Shown here: piece after piece, positions 52,420 to 64,000 of the stretch
Layout of the letters: each line of letters opens with the position of its first letter
Position numbering within the stretch: the stretch's first letter is position 1
Assembly (NCBI GenBank): GCA_951406725.2
Contig: OX597840.1
Location: 5,146,001 to 5,210,000 of the forward strand
Source of the DNA: Octopus vulgaris
Taxonomy: Eukaryota
Length of the DNA: 64,000 bases
Direction: 5' to 3'
Position numbers and translations under genes: made by a program
The notes under the pieces: model-generated
What the model was told of the DNA's origin: nothing
What the model saw: only the letters and a program-made list of their open reading frames with translations
Database searches by the model: none

Positions 52420-54445
52420 ATTCTCATCGAAACTGCTGTAACTACGGTGTTTTCTAGATAGCGATGTTGATCCTATTCCAAACCCATTTTGTGTTGGGCA
52501 ACAAATTAGCTTAATTTTACTTACTTAGGCCCATTACTCCCTATGGACCATAGGCTGTCAATGCATCACAGGCTCTTGATGGACCCTAGGCTGTCTGTTG
52601 ATGGCTTCCCTCCACTGTTTTGTCTCTGGGCTGCCTACTGCTGGTCAGAAGAATGAAGTGAACCTTGCGGCTTCCTTTTGAATTTTGCAACACCATGTCA
52701 TACGTTTCCATGATGGAAAGCATTCCTCTACCTGCTGCTGCTGTTGCAGTTGCAGTTGCTGTTGAGCGAAGCGGTCTTCGTCCCAGAGCTCGCAAGATGG
52801 GAGAAGTCTGAAACGTGGTCCTTTGCTATTCGTAAGACCCGCAGAAGAGAAAGCAGGTCAACCCCTGACACCGAGAGCATCGACGGATGGATGAATGCGC
52901 ATCCAGGCTCAGCGGTTGCGTAGGAAGTCGGGGACAAGAAACAAGAAGAAAGAGTGAGAGAAAGTTGGAGTGAAAGAGTACAACAGGGGTTGCCACCACC
53001 CCCTGCTGGAGCCTCATGGAGCTTTAGGTGTTTTCGCTCAATAAACATACACAACGCCCAGTTTGGGAATCAAAATCGCGATCCTCCGACCGCGAGTCCA
53101 CTGCCCTAACCACTGGGCCATTGTGCTTCCTGCTGCTGCTGCTGCTGTTGTTGTTGTTCTTCTTCTTCTTCTTTCAATCAGGACTCACGCCATTAGCCAC
53201 AAAGAATAATCTCTAATTCGAGCCTACTCTAAGCTACTAAGAATGCGTGTGGCAACTTGAAGATCCACCCACCACATACGATAGACTTGGCGGTTGCACG
53301 GGCACGAAAGCTACGTTGTTATCCTCATTCCATAAACGGTGGCTTTTAACAAGTGGAGAGCTGAACCATCCTGGGGTACAGAGGATTTGCAATCTAGACT
53401 AGGATCTGAAAGTTTACCACACCATAGGGGGTTACACCATGGTTCCTCTGCTTTGTGGCAGAAGTAGGAAGAAAGAGTGAGAGAAAGTTGTGGTGAAAGA
53501 GTACAGCGGGGTTCACCATCACCCTTCCTCCACCAGAGCCACATGAAGCTTAGGTGTTTTTGCTCAATAAACACTCACAACACCCGGTCTGGGAAGCGAA
53601 ACCGCATTCTTATGACCGTGAGTCCCCTGCCCTAACCTCTGGACCATTGTGCCTCCATCTGCTGTTGTTGATTTTGAATTGTCATTTCTACTGCTGTAAC
53701 TGTGCTTTTTTCTAGGTAGGGATGTTGACCCTATGCAAACAAGCCCATTTGGTGTTAGGTAATGAATTAGCCCAATCATTACACTTTTAATTAGCATAAT
53801 CATTACATTTTTACTTAGTTAAGCCTTTCACTCCAATGGACCGTAAACTGTCACTGATTTCCCTCCACTGCTTTGCCTCCTGCTGGTCAGAAGAGGGAAG
53901 TCAGCCTTGCAGCTTCCTTTTTGATTATGCTGCACTGTGTAAGGCCTTCCTCTTCCAGATCTTGCTGGTTTTGGATTGTCATCAATGCGTCTGTCACTTT
54001 GCTTTTTTTCTAGGTAGGATATTGACCCTAAGCAAACCCCTTTTGCATTAGATGAGGAATTAGCATAACCATGAGACTTTTAGTTACTTAAGCCTTTTGC
54101 TCCCTCTGGACAATAAGATATTGACAACTTCTTTCCACTATTTTGACTCTGGGCCATCTCCTCCTGGTCACAAGAAGGAAGTCAATTTTGTAACTTCATT
54201 TTGGATTTGCTGGTTTGTATAAGAGCTTCCTCTCCAAGCGCTTGTCAGATTTGGATTGCCATCAACATTTCTGTAACTTTGCCTTTTTTTTCTAACTTGA
54301 AGTGTTGGCCCTATGCAAACCCATTTTCACCGTCATTGGAAGATATGGTCAGCATAGGAGGCCTTGCTAGGAGCTTATACTCCTCTGACACAGCTCTCAG
54401 AGTTATTGAGACACACAAGACACTCCACTGTAACAAGGGCTGAAC
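52420..54445 (-). mobile_element. Diverged tandem array of RTE-derived units of about 290 bp, interrupted by SINE D copies (about 52760-53129 and 53175-53657)
   Basis: The anchor ctaggtag(g)gatgttgaccctatgcaaac recurs near 52455, 53712, 54010 and 54292. An RTE-like 5' end lies at about 54445. Confidence 0.55.
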
Positions 54446-55018
54446 TTTGTGCTGGTAATTGATAATGATAAGTGAAGTGAAGTAAAACCAGTGTGTGTTT
54501 CTTTTTGGCATAATGACTCACCCAAAATACAATATAACAGAGTACCATTGTGTTAAAGTGTTTGATCTTGTTTCTGGTATTGTTCCATTGTTAAGGTTGC
54601 TGAAAGCATAACACCCATAGACATGACGTTACGGGCAGAATATTAGAGACCCTTTTGTGCTACCAGACTGCCCTTCAGTTCTATAATACAATAAAAAAGA
54701 AGGGTGGATAAAAGGGATGAAGATCCTTCATGAGTCATATTAACTCATAGGGCTGTTTTCCTGGATTCCATGGTGCATATATCCACCCCCCACTGGACAT
54801 GACGTTGGTCCATTGCAGGATTATACATTTTTGCCAGCCGAGTGGACTGGAGCAATATGAAATGAAGTGTTTTGCTTCAGAACACAACACATTGCCTGAT
54901 CCAGGAATTGAAACCACAACCTTACGATCATGAGTTCAACACCTTAACCACTAAGCCACATGCCTCCACATATACATATATATACACATACATATATATG
55001 TATGCGTATATATATATG

Positions 55019-55058
<40 letters not shown>

Positions 55059-55619
55059 GAAACACTGCCAGATCAGACTGGAGCCTGGTGCAGCCTCCTG
55101 GCTTCCCAGACCCTGGTCGAACCGTCCAACCCGTGCTAGTGCGGAAAACAGATGTTAAACGATGATGATGATATATATATATATATATATATGTTCCTTC
55201 TCAAGCCATGCGAGGCTCATAAGGGACGGTTTCCCAGTTTCAATGGCTTAGAAATTCCCCACCTGGACAGGACGCCAGTCTGTTCCAGGATGATTCTTTT
55301 TTGCCAGCTGAGTGGACTGGAACAACATGAAAATGAAGGGTTTTGCTCAAGAACACAGTGCATTGCCTGCTCCAGGAATCGAAACCACAATCTTACAATC
55401 ATGAGTTCAACACCCTAACCACTAAGCTACCCACCTCCATATCTCTATGATACAAACTTCCTGTTTAAAGCGATTTAAATTAATACCATCTGTTAAAATT
55501 TGATGTTAAATTTATGCTCCAATCTTGCTCCTGCTTATTAACGACAAACATATTTTTCTAACTTATTCGTTATTTTGACCTGAAATAACAGCAGCACATT
55601 TCAATAAAAATATGATGAA

Positions 55620-56017
55620 GCTGGTGGCACGTAAAAAGCACTCTCTGAATCGTGGCCAATGCCAGCGCTGCCTTGACTGGCTTCCATGCCGGTGGCAAGT
55701 AAAAAGCACCATCCGAATCGTGGCCGATGCCAGCGCTGCCTTGACTGGCTTCCGTGCCGGTGGCACGTTAAAATGCACCAATCCGATCGTGGCCGTTGCC
55801 AGCCTCACCTGGCACCTGTGCAGGTGGCAAGTAAAAAGCACCCACTGCACTCACGGAGTGGTTGGCGTTAGGAAGTACATCCAGCTGTAGAAACACTGCC
55901 AGATCAGACTGGAGCCTGGTGCAGCTTTCTGGCTTCCCAGATCCCCGGTCGAACCGTCCAACCCATGCTAGCATGGAGAATGAACATTAAACGATGATGA
56001 TGATGATGATGATGATG
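55620..56017 (+). mobile_element. Family C repeat (RTE LINE 3' UTR remnant)
   Basis: Subrepeats and (GAT)n tail. Confidence 0.75.
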
Positions 56018-56055
56018 AAGAAAAGGTTAATTCTTTTTGCTAACAACTGGCCTGA

Positions 56056-56542
56056 TTAATACGACAAGATTTGTCAACTATCAGTATTTCTATAGCGGTG
56101 TTATTGTATGGGGCTGAGACATGACAAACAACAGTTAAGTCAAATAAGTAAATACAATCATTCATCAACAGATGCTTGCGTAGTATACTTAAAATTAGTT
56201 GGCCCGAACACATAAGCAATATGGAGCTATGGCAAAGAACAAATCAAGTTTCGATTAGGGAGCAAATATTTAAGAAAAAGTGGAAGTGGATTGGAAGCAC
56301 AATTAGAAAAGACACACCAAATGTAGCGGAAAGTGCTTTAAAGTGGAAACCGGTTGGATATAGAAAGAAAGGTAGGCCTAAGAACTCATGGTGGAGATCA
56401 ACACAAAAGGAACTAGAGAAAGGGGGGGCATTCGTGGCAGAGTATAAGTACAGAAGTGAAGAATTATGCGACATGGAATTCAACTATAAGTGGCCTATAC
56501 TCCGTGTTGGAGGGTTAAAGGCATAAAGAAAGAAAGAAGAAG
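56056..56542 (+). mobile_element. 5'-truncated RTE-clade LINE with a 14-bp TSD
   Basis: VLLYGAET..RCLRSILKISWPEHISNMELW..WKWIG..ALKWKPVGYRKKGRPKNSW. TSD AACAACTGGCCTGA at 56042-56055 and 56543-56556. Confidence 0.92.
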
Positions 56543-56824
56543 AACAACTGGCCTGAGATAGCCTTTGGTTCTTTGATACAAATGTCTCACTTTAAAATGG
56601 TTTCATTTATAAGCTTACATCAAAATCTTGTGTCAATTTATGTTCCAGATGCCAAATTAACGACCAAGTTATTTTATTAAATTCTTCATTATTCTGAAAA
56701 TTAATTGAAACAAGAAGCAGTGTATTTCAACAAAAATGTAGCAATGACTTGGTTAATAAATGTGACATGAGGGTTTGATAAGTATGTAAATTTGGAAAAT
56801 GTTCAAAATTTAAGTTGTACTTCT

Positions 56825-56997
56825 ACTCTTTTACTATTTTACTCTTTTAATTGTTTCAGTCTTTAGTCGAGCAAATCAACCCCAGGATTTATTCTTTGTA
56901 AGCCCAGTACTTATTCTATCGGTCTCTTTTGCCGAACTGCTAAGTTACGGGGACGTAAACACACCAGCGATGTTGGGGGCCAAACACAGACACACAA

Positions 56998-57060
<63 letters not shown>

Positions 57061-57233
57061 CATATATATACAATGGGCTTCTTTCAGTTTCCATCTACCA
57101 AATCCACTCACAAGGCTTTGGTCATCTCGAGGCTATAGTAGAAGACACTTGCCCAAGATGCCATGCAGTGGGACTGAACCCGGAACCATGTGGTTCGCAA
57201 GCAAGCTACTTACCACACAGCCACTCCTACACC
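56825..57233 (-). mobile_element. SINE family A
   Basis: Family A match. Confidence 0.85.
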
Positions 57234-57766
57234 TTCTGTTCATATATACTTGTAAATCACCATCATCATCATCATCGTCATCAACATCATCATCATCAAG
57301 GCAACAAGCTGGCAGAATCATTAGCACTTGGGGTGAGATGTTTACTGGTATTTCATCTGTCTTTACGTTCAGGGTTCAAATGACGCCAGGGCCAACTTTT
57401 CCTTTCATCCTTTCAGTGTTGATAAAATAAGGACCAGTTGAGTGTTGGGGGTCAATGTAATCAACTTACCCCTTCCACTTAAATTGCTGGCTTTGCGCCA
57501 AAATTTGAAAGCATTATTATTATTCATATTATTATTATTATCGTTATTACTACTAGTGCAGTGAGCTGGCAGAGTCGTTAGCACCCCAGACAAAATGCTT
57601 AGTGGCATTTTGTTTGTCTTTGCATTCTGAGTTCAAATTCTGCTGAGGTCAGCTTTGCCTTTCATCCTTTCAGGGTTGATAAAGCAAGTCCCAGTTATGC
57701 ACTGGGGTCGATGCAATTGACTATTCTCCTCCCCCAAATTTCAGGCCTTGTGCCTACCGTAGAAAT

Positions 57767-57792
57767 GACTACTACTACTGCTACTACTACTA

Positions 57793-57830
<38 letters not shown>

Positions 57831-58068
57831 ACTACTACTACTACTACTACTGCTACTACTACTGCTACTACTGCTACTACTACTGCTACTACTACTACTA
57901 CTACTACTGCTGCTACTACTACTGCTACTGCTACTACTGCTGCTGCTGCTGCTACTACTACTACTACTACTATTACTACTGCTGCTGCTGCTGCTGCTGC
58001 TACTACTACTACTGCTACAACTGCTACTACTACTGCTACTACTGCTACTACTACTACTACTACTGCTG

Positions 58069-58109
<41 letters not shown>

Positions 58110-58178
58110 GCTGCTGCTACTACTACTACTACTGCTACTACTACTGCTACTACTACTACTACTACTACTACGACTACG

Positions 58179-58209
<31 letters not shown>

Positions 58210-58210
58210 T
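57767..58210. repeat. (ACT)n/(GCT)n trinucleotide tract just upstream of exon 58240
   Basis: Seen directly. Confidence 0.95.
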
Positions 58211-58239
58211 CATTATTTTTATTACCATTGTAATTTCAG

Positions 58240-58380
58240 CAGCTTCTGACCCCCGGTTTCCAGTATTCAAGTCCTCGCTGAAGTCTGATGAGTCTTTACC
58301 AAACATGGACAGACCAATTGATTCTGACAAGCTTGACCTGAGCAATGCTGATTCAGAAGCTTTGAAAACCTTGCTTAAGG
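58240..58380 (+). CDS. PTPRN2: Next coding exon of the IA-2-like gene (141 nt, phase 1-1)
   Basis: Acceptor taatttcag|cag and donor AAGG|gtatga. Non-repetitive open frame [47 protein letters not shown]. Phase matches the donor at 34052. Confidence 0.75.
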
Positions 58381-58437
58381 GTATGACAATGCCTCCTTCC
58401 TTTGGAATTTAACAGCTCTAAATATGTGCACACTTGG

Positions 58438-58848
58438 ATCCATCCGTCCGTCCATCCGTCCATCCATCCATCCATCCATCCATCCATCCATCCATCCATC
58501 CATCCATCCATCCATCCATCCATTAATCCATCCATCCATCCATCCATTAATCCATCCATCCATCCATCCATTAATCCATCCATCCATCCATCCATCCATT
58601 AATCCATCCATTAATCCATCCATCCATCCATTAATCCATCCATCCATCCAACCATTAATCCATCCATCCATCCATCCATTAATCCATCCATCCATCCGTC
58701 CGTCCATCCATCCATCGATCCATCCATTAATCCATCCATCCATCCATCCATCCATCCATCCATCCATCCGTCTATCCGTCCATCCATCCATCCATCCATC
58801 CATCTGTTTGTCATCCATCTGTCCATCCTTCTGTCTGTTCATCCATCC
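58438..58848. repeat. (CCAT)n tract just downstream of exon 58240-58380
   Basis: Seen directly. Confidence 0.95.
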
Positions 58849-60299
58849 AAGTGTGCATGTCTCATTATTGTGGAGGTGCATGGCTTAGTGGTTAGGGTAT
58901 TGCATTTATGATTGTAAGATTGTGGTTTCAATTCCTGGATGTGGCTGTGTGTTGTGTTCTTGAGCAAGACACTTCATTTAACATTGCTCCAGTCCACTCA
59001 GCTGGTAAATATTAGTAGCCCTGCAACAGACCAGAGTCCAGTCCAGGTGGTGGTCAGTGGGGAATCTATACATTACAGAATCGGAGAAACTGGCCTTATG
59101 AGCCTAGCTTCAGCGGAACCATTGAGGCTTTGATTATTATTATTATTATTTTTATAAAGATTATTTTTATAACAATGGTGGTGCATCAACATGGCTGCAG
59201 AAAGAAAAAAAAGACACACACATATATGTATATATATAAAAATGTATCAATAATACAGTGATTGTTTCTTATCAGGAACAAAATGTTTAATAAGGAACAA
59301 AATGTTTAATAGGACTGCTATAGAAGTGCTCAATTGAATGAGACAAATATATCAAACTAAAGTTATTGAACAAACAAATGCAAGATCATCCACATAACAT
59401 TTCATAACTTGAACATTTAATCATAGAATATACATTTAGACATCACGGAAGATGGAATATAATTCATCTGTACAAGCATATAAGAAAGTGCGAGAAAAAT
59501 GTTGGAATATATGTGAATACAGTTCATCACGGTTATAAGTTAATACTTTAGCGATTAAGAAAAATATATTTTTTTTAAAAAACCATTACAACACCTAGAA
59601 GGTAAAACGTAAAAATATAGTATAAAGTAATATATAAATATATAGGTATATAAAAATATATAAAAATATATAAAAATGTACATAGGCATAGGGGTGGCTG
59701 TGTGGTAAGTAGCTTGCTTACCAACCACATAGTTCCGGGTTCAGTTCCACTGTGTGGCAACTTGGGCAAGTGTCTTCTACTATAGCCTCTACTATAATTT
59801 ATATACATATATTATATATTGTGAAATTTGATTTAGTATTACTAAATTGAATTTTTCTCTGTAAGTTTGGAATCATATTCCCTAATATTATATATGTGAG
59901 TGTGTGTGTATGTATAAACATGCATGTATATGTATAGATAGAGAGAAAGAGAGAGATAGGGAGAGTCAGAGAGAGAGAGATGTATATATGTATGTACTAA
60001 TTTGGCGGTCATTAACAAGCCCGGATACACACACACACACACATGTGTATTCTCAGCAGCATTCTACCACCTTGAAATTATTTTGATGCAAAAACCATTT
60101 AAAAAAATACTCATTAGTTGAGGCATCCATGGAATTCACTTACCTTTCCCTTTTCATCTTCCATATTTCGTTTCAACACTGGAAACAATAGAGACACTGA
60201 AACTCACTTCTACCCACAAGAACAACACATTACAATCATTTGCACTTGTGACACCAGAAGTAACATTTAAAACTATGAACGAAACAAGCAGTTGATGCC

Positions 60300-61270
60300 T
60301 TTCGTTTTGCCTTTCTCAATTTTCTCTCTCAAGGTGTGTCTCTCTCTTTCTCTTTCTCTGTTGCAACATCTCCTTTCTCTATCCCACCCCCTCTCTCATC
60401 ATTTTACTATTTTTTCATTATCTCTCCCTCTCTCTCTCTCTTTCCCTCTTTTTCTCTTTCTCTCTTTTCCTTGTTTTATCATTCTCTCTCTCTCTCTTGC
60501 TTCTTCTCTTTCTCACTATTCCTTTCCCTCTTTCATTTACTCTTTCTCTCTCATTCTTTCTTTCCTTCACTTCTCTCTCTTCTCTCCTTTTTTCCTTGCT
60601 TTCTCCCAATTTTTCTTTCTTACTCTTTTTCATTCTTCCTCTTACTCTTTTGCCCTTTCTTTCTCTATTCTTCCTACTTTGTCTTGCTCACTTTTGCTCC
60701 TTCTTTTCCTTTCATTCTCATTCTCTCCTCCTTCTTTCACTCTTTCACTCCTTTCTCTCTCTCTTTCTTCCTTTTTCTTGCCTTCTCTTGTTCTTTCTTT
60801 CTCTTTCATTCTCCCTGTTTCTTTCATTCACTCTGACAGTCTCTCTCCTCCTTCTCACTCTTTTAGTTTTTCTTTCTTTCTTCTTTCTCTCTGCCTCTGC
60901 CTCTCTCTTGCTCCTTCTCTCCCTTTCATTCCCACTCTCATTATCTCTTTGATCCACTCTTTCTCTTCATTTCTTCTTTCTCTTTTTGCTCTTCTCCTCT
61001 CCTCTCCCCTTCTCTCTCTCCCCCTCTCTCTTTTGCTCCTTGTCTCCTTTTCACTCTCTCATGCACTCTTACACTCTTTCTCTCCTCTCCTCTCACTCTT
61101 TTACCCCCTTTTCTCTCCGTCTCTTTCTTTCCTCTCTCTCTTTCATTCACTCATTCACTCTTTCCCTTTATCATTTTCATCTTCCCTTTCCCTATTTATC
61201 TCCTCCTCCCTTCCTCTTCCTCCTCCCCCTCCCTCCTCCTCTCTTTCTTACTCTCCCCTCTCTCTCTCTT
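60300..61270. repeat. Polypyrimidine (CT-rich) low-complexity tract of about 1 kb upstream of exon 61489
   Basis: Seen directly. Confidence 0.9.
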
Positions 61271-61488
61271 GTAATATTTCAATCCATTTGCCTTTCATTC
61301 TTTCGGGGTCGATAAATAAAGTACCAGTTACGCACTGGGGTCGATGTAATCGACTTAATCCGTTTGTCTGTCCTTGTTTGTCCCCTCTATGTTTAGCCCC
61401 TTGTGGGCAATAAAGAAATATATATCTCACCCCACCCTGTTATATCTTAATCCACCCCTGTTCTATTTATAATCTTCCCTAATTGTAG

Positions 61489-61641
61489 ATATACTAATGA
61501 AAGCTGTGGATGTGCCCCCATCACAGAGCCAGTCTGTCGGTGCCTCTTTGAGTGATTCTGGTTCAAATGATGGCAAATTCATGTCTAACGATCTCGGGGA
61601 CATTGACCTGTCACAACTGAAACAAGCTGAGGAGTTGTTGC
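61489..61641 (+). CDS. PTPRN2: Following coding exon of the IA-2-like gene (153 nt, phase 1-1)
   Basis: Acceptor cttccctaattgtag| and donor C|gtaagt. Open frame DILMKAVDVPPSQSQSVGASLSDSGSNDGKFMSNDLGDIDLSQLKQAEELL. Phase-compatible with the previous exon. Confidence 0.75.
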
Positions 61642-62459
61642 GTAAGTATTGACCCCTGCTCGGAACAGTGTCTTTTATTTTTGTCTTCTATTGTTTTTTT
61701 TTTATTGTTTCTGTTTAATCTTCCATTCATGATGACGACAACTACTACAATAATGATGGTGGGGGTGGGGGTGGGGGTGATGATCACGATGAAGATGATG
61801 GGGGCAATGATGATGGTGATGGTTATGAGGATGATGGTGGTGGTAGTGGTGGTGTTGATGATGATGACAGTCGTGATGGCAGTGATGGTGAAGAAGATTC
61901 ATGATGTTGATGATAATGACAATGATGATGATGAAAGTGGTAGTGGTTGGTGGTGGTGTTGGTGGTGTCAGTGATGATGATAGTGATGAGGATGTCAAAA
62001 CCCCCACACACACACCTGTTACTACTTAACAAGTGGTGTCAGTTTGTTTATGTCCCCATAACATAGCAGTTTGATGAAAAAAAACCCAAAACAATAGAAA
62101 AAGCACCAGAGTTAAAAAAAAAAACTAGGCTTGATTTGTTTGACTAAAACCCTTTAAGGCATGGCTCCAGCATGATCGCAGTCCAATGACTGAAACAAGT
62201 TAAAGATAAAAGATAAAACTTTAGATTAAAAAAAAAACACACACAAGTGCCACTTCATTAGATTGAACCTAAAACCACCTTGTTTGAAGCAAGCATGTTC
62301 TGATTATATAGTATGTGTCTGCTTCTGTTTTTATTCATTCTCTTGGAACCTATTATTTTCTATACAAGAAGGCTTTTCAACGATATATTTATTCCCAATG
62401 TACTCATCATTTTCTATTTTTTCTAAATTCCTTTCGCTTTCAATAGCAAATATTTAAAT

Positions 62460-62850
62460 GCAGCTTGATACTGAAGAAGTTCCTATAATTATTGATACTT
62501 ATTATCCTAGCTTTAGTATTTAGATCCTCTTTAAGTATTAATCTAATTATCGTAAAATATTCCCTTACAACCTTTTCCTTCCTTTGGCTCTGTTATGCTC
62601 TATCCTACTCATTAATTCCTTATCATTACTAAGTAATAAGAGAAATGTCTCTTATTCCTGTTTCTTTATCTTAATGACTTTACTTAATCCTTCTTTCTCC
62701 CTTCAATGGTTGCCTTGCACATTTTCCTAATCTGAAGTTTATGCCAATTTCTTTACTAAATCCTTGTACTCTCTGGAGCAGTGTTTCCGCTGAGTATAGA
62801 TTAGCATATAATTTGAGGTCATCCATGTACAATTTTAGATTTCCATAGTG
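62460..62850 (-). mobile_element. Degenerate reverse transcriptase fragment of an R4/Dong-like LINE
   Basis: Minus-strand translation LYMDDLKLYANLYSAETLLQRVQGFSKEIGINFRLGKCA. Confidence 0.8.
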
Positions 62851-63567
62851 CTTCTCTTCATATCTTGTTTATGAACCACAAATAAAGAATCAGTTTGTAA
62901 GTTTATCTCACAGGGATTTGAACACAGAACCTAAAGAGCTGGAACAGAAAGTACAAAAACTACAAGGCATTAAAGATTCTACTGAATCACTACCCTTAAT
63001 GATGATGATGATGATAATAATAATAATAATTATTATTATTTCTTTACTACCCTCAAGGGGCTAAACACAGAGGGGACAAACAAGGACAGACAGACGGATT
63101 AAGTCGATAATATCGACTCCAGTCCATAACTGGTACTTATTTAATCGACCTCGAAAGGATGAAAGGCAAATTTGAACTCAGAACGTTGCGGCAGACGAAA
63201 TACGGCTATGCATTTCGCCCGGCGTGCTAACATTTCTGCCAGCTCACCTAATAATAATAATAATAATCTTTTCTTCATTGGCTACAAGGGCTAAACCCAA
63301 AACAAAACAGGATAAGTGGGGCTTAGCAAAATATATTTGTATAAAATAAAATAAAACAATAACAATTAGCAATAAGAATTAAACAATAAAATTCTGTAAA
63401 AGTGTTGAGTTCTTCCCAGGGCCAACCAAGGAAGCCCACTCATCCTGGTTATCCCAACCACTGAGGGAAATAAGGATAACAACAACAACAACAATAATAA
63501 ATGACATCAATAATCTTTTGTCTATTGGCCACAAGGACTGAATACAGAACAAAAATGGACAATACAG

Positions 63568-63979
63568 AGGCGCAGGAGTGACTGTGTGGTAAGTAGCTTG
63601 CTTACCAACCACATGGTTCCGGGTTCTGTCCCACTGCGTGGCACCTTGGGCAAGTGTCTTCTACTATAGCCTCGGGCCGACCAAAGCCTTGTGAGTGGAT
63701 TTGGTAGACAGAAACTGAAAGAAGCCCGTCGTATATATGTATATATATATGCGTGTGTGTATGTGTTTGTGTGTCTGTGCTTGTTCCCACCCTCCCAACA
63801 TCGCTTGACAACCTAAGCTGGTGTGTTTACGTCCCCGTAACTTAGCAGTTTGGCAACAAGAGTCCAATAGAATAAGTACTAGGCTTACAAAGAATAAGTC
63901 CTGGGGTCGATTTGCTCAACTCAGGATGGTGTTCCAGCATGGCCGCAGTCAAATGACTGAAACAATTAAAAGAGTAAAA
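63568..63979 (+). mobile_element. SINE family A, full length
   Basis: Family A match. Confidence 0.9.
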
Positions 63980-64000
63980 CATCCCAAAGGACATTTGGGG

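Overview
Eukaryotic, AT-rich, microsatellite-saturated DNA. The repeat families and SINE architecture look like an octopus (coleoid cephalopod) genome; this is inferred by eye and no database was searched. One host gene crosses the window on the + strand: an IA-2/PTPRN-PTPRN2 family receptor tyrosine phosphatase. It is seen as three in-frame phase-1 exons (32424-34052, containing the RESP18-homology motif; 58240-58380; 61489-61641), with the 5' exons and PTP domain outside the window. Everything else is intron: several tRNA-headed SINE families, RTE and R4/Dong LINE fragments, mariner elements and MITEs, Helitrons, a 5S rRNA copy and satellites. The most unusual signal is a set of small (TA)n-embedded, Penelope-like elements carrying type I hammerhead ribozyme motifs. 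These include core variants, palindromic stem III, one with a 115-nt loop 2 and one with an inverted half. They occur together with long fold-back palindromes and a degenerate tandem array of Penelope-type GIY-YIG C-termini. SINE coordinates are approximate (about +/-10 nt). All family assignments come from pattern recognition and need confirmation by search.
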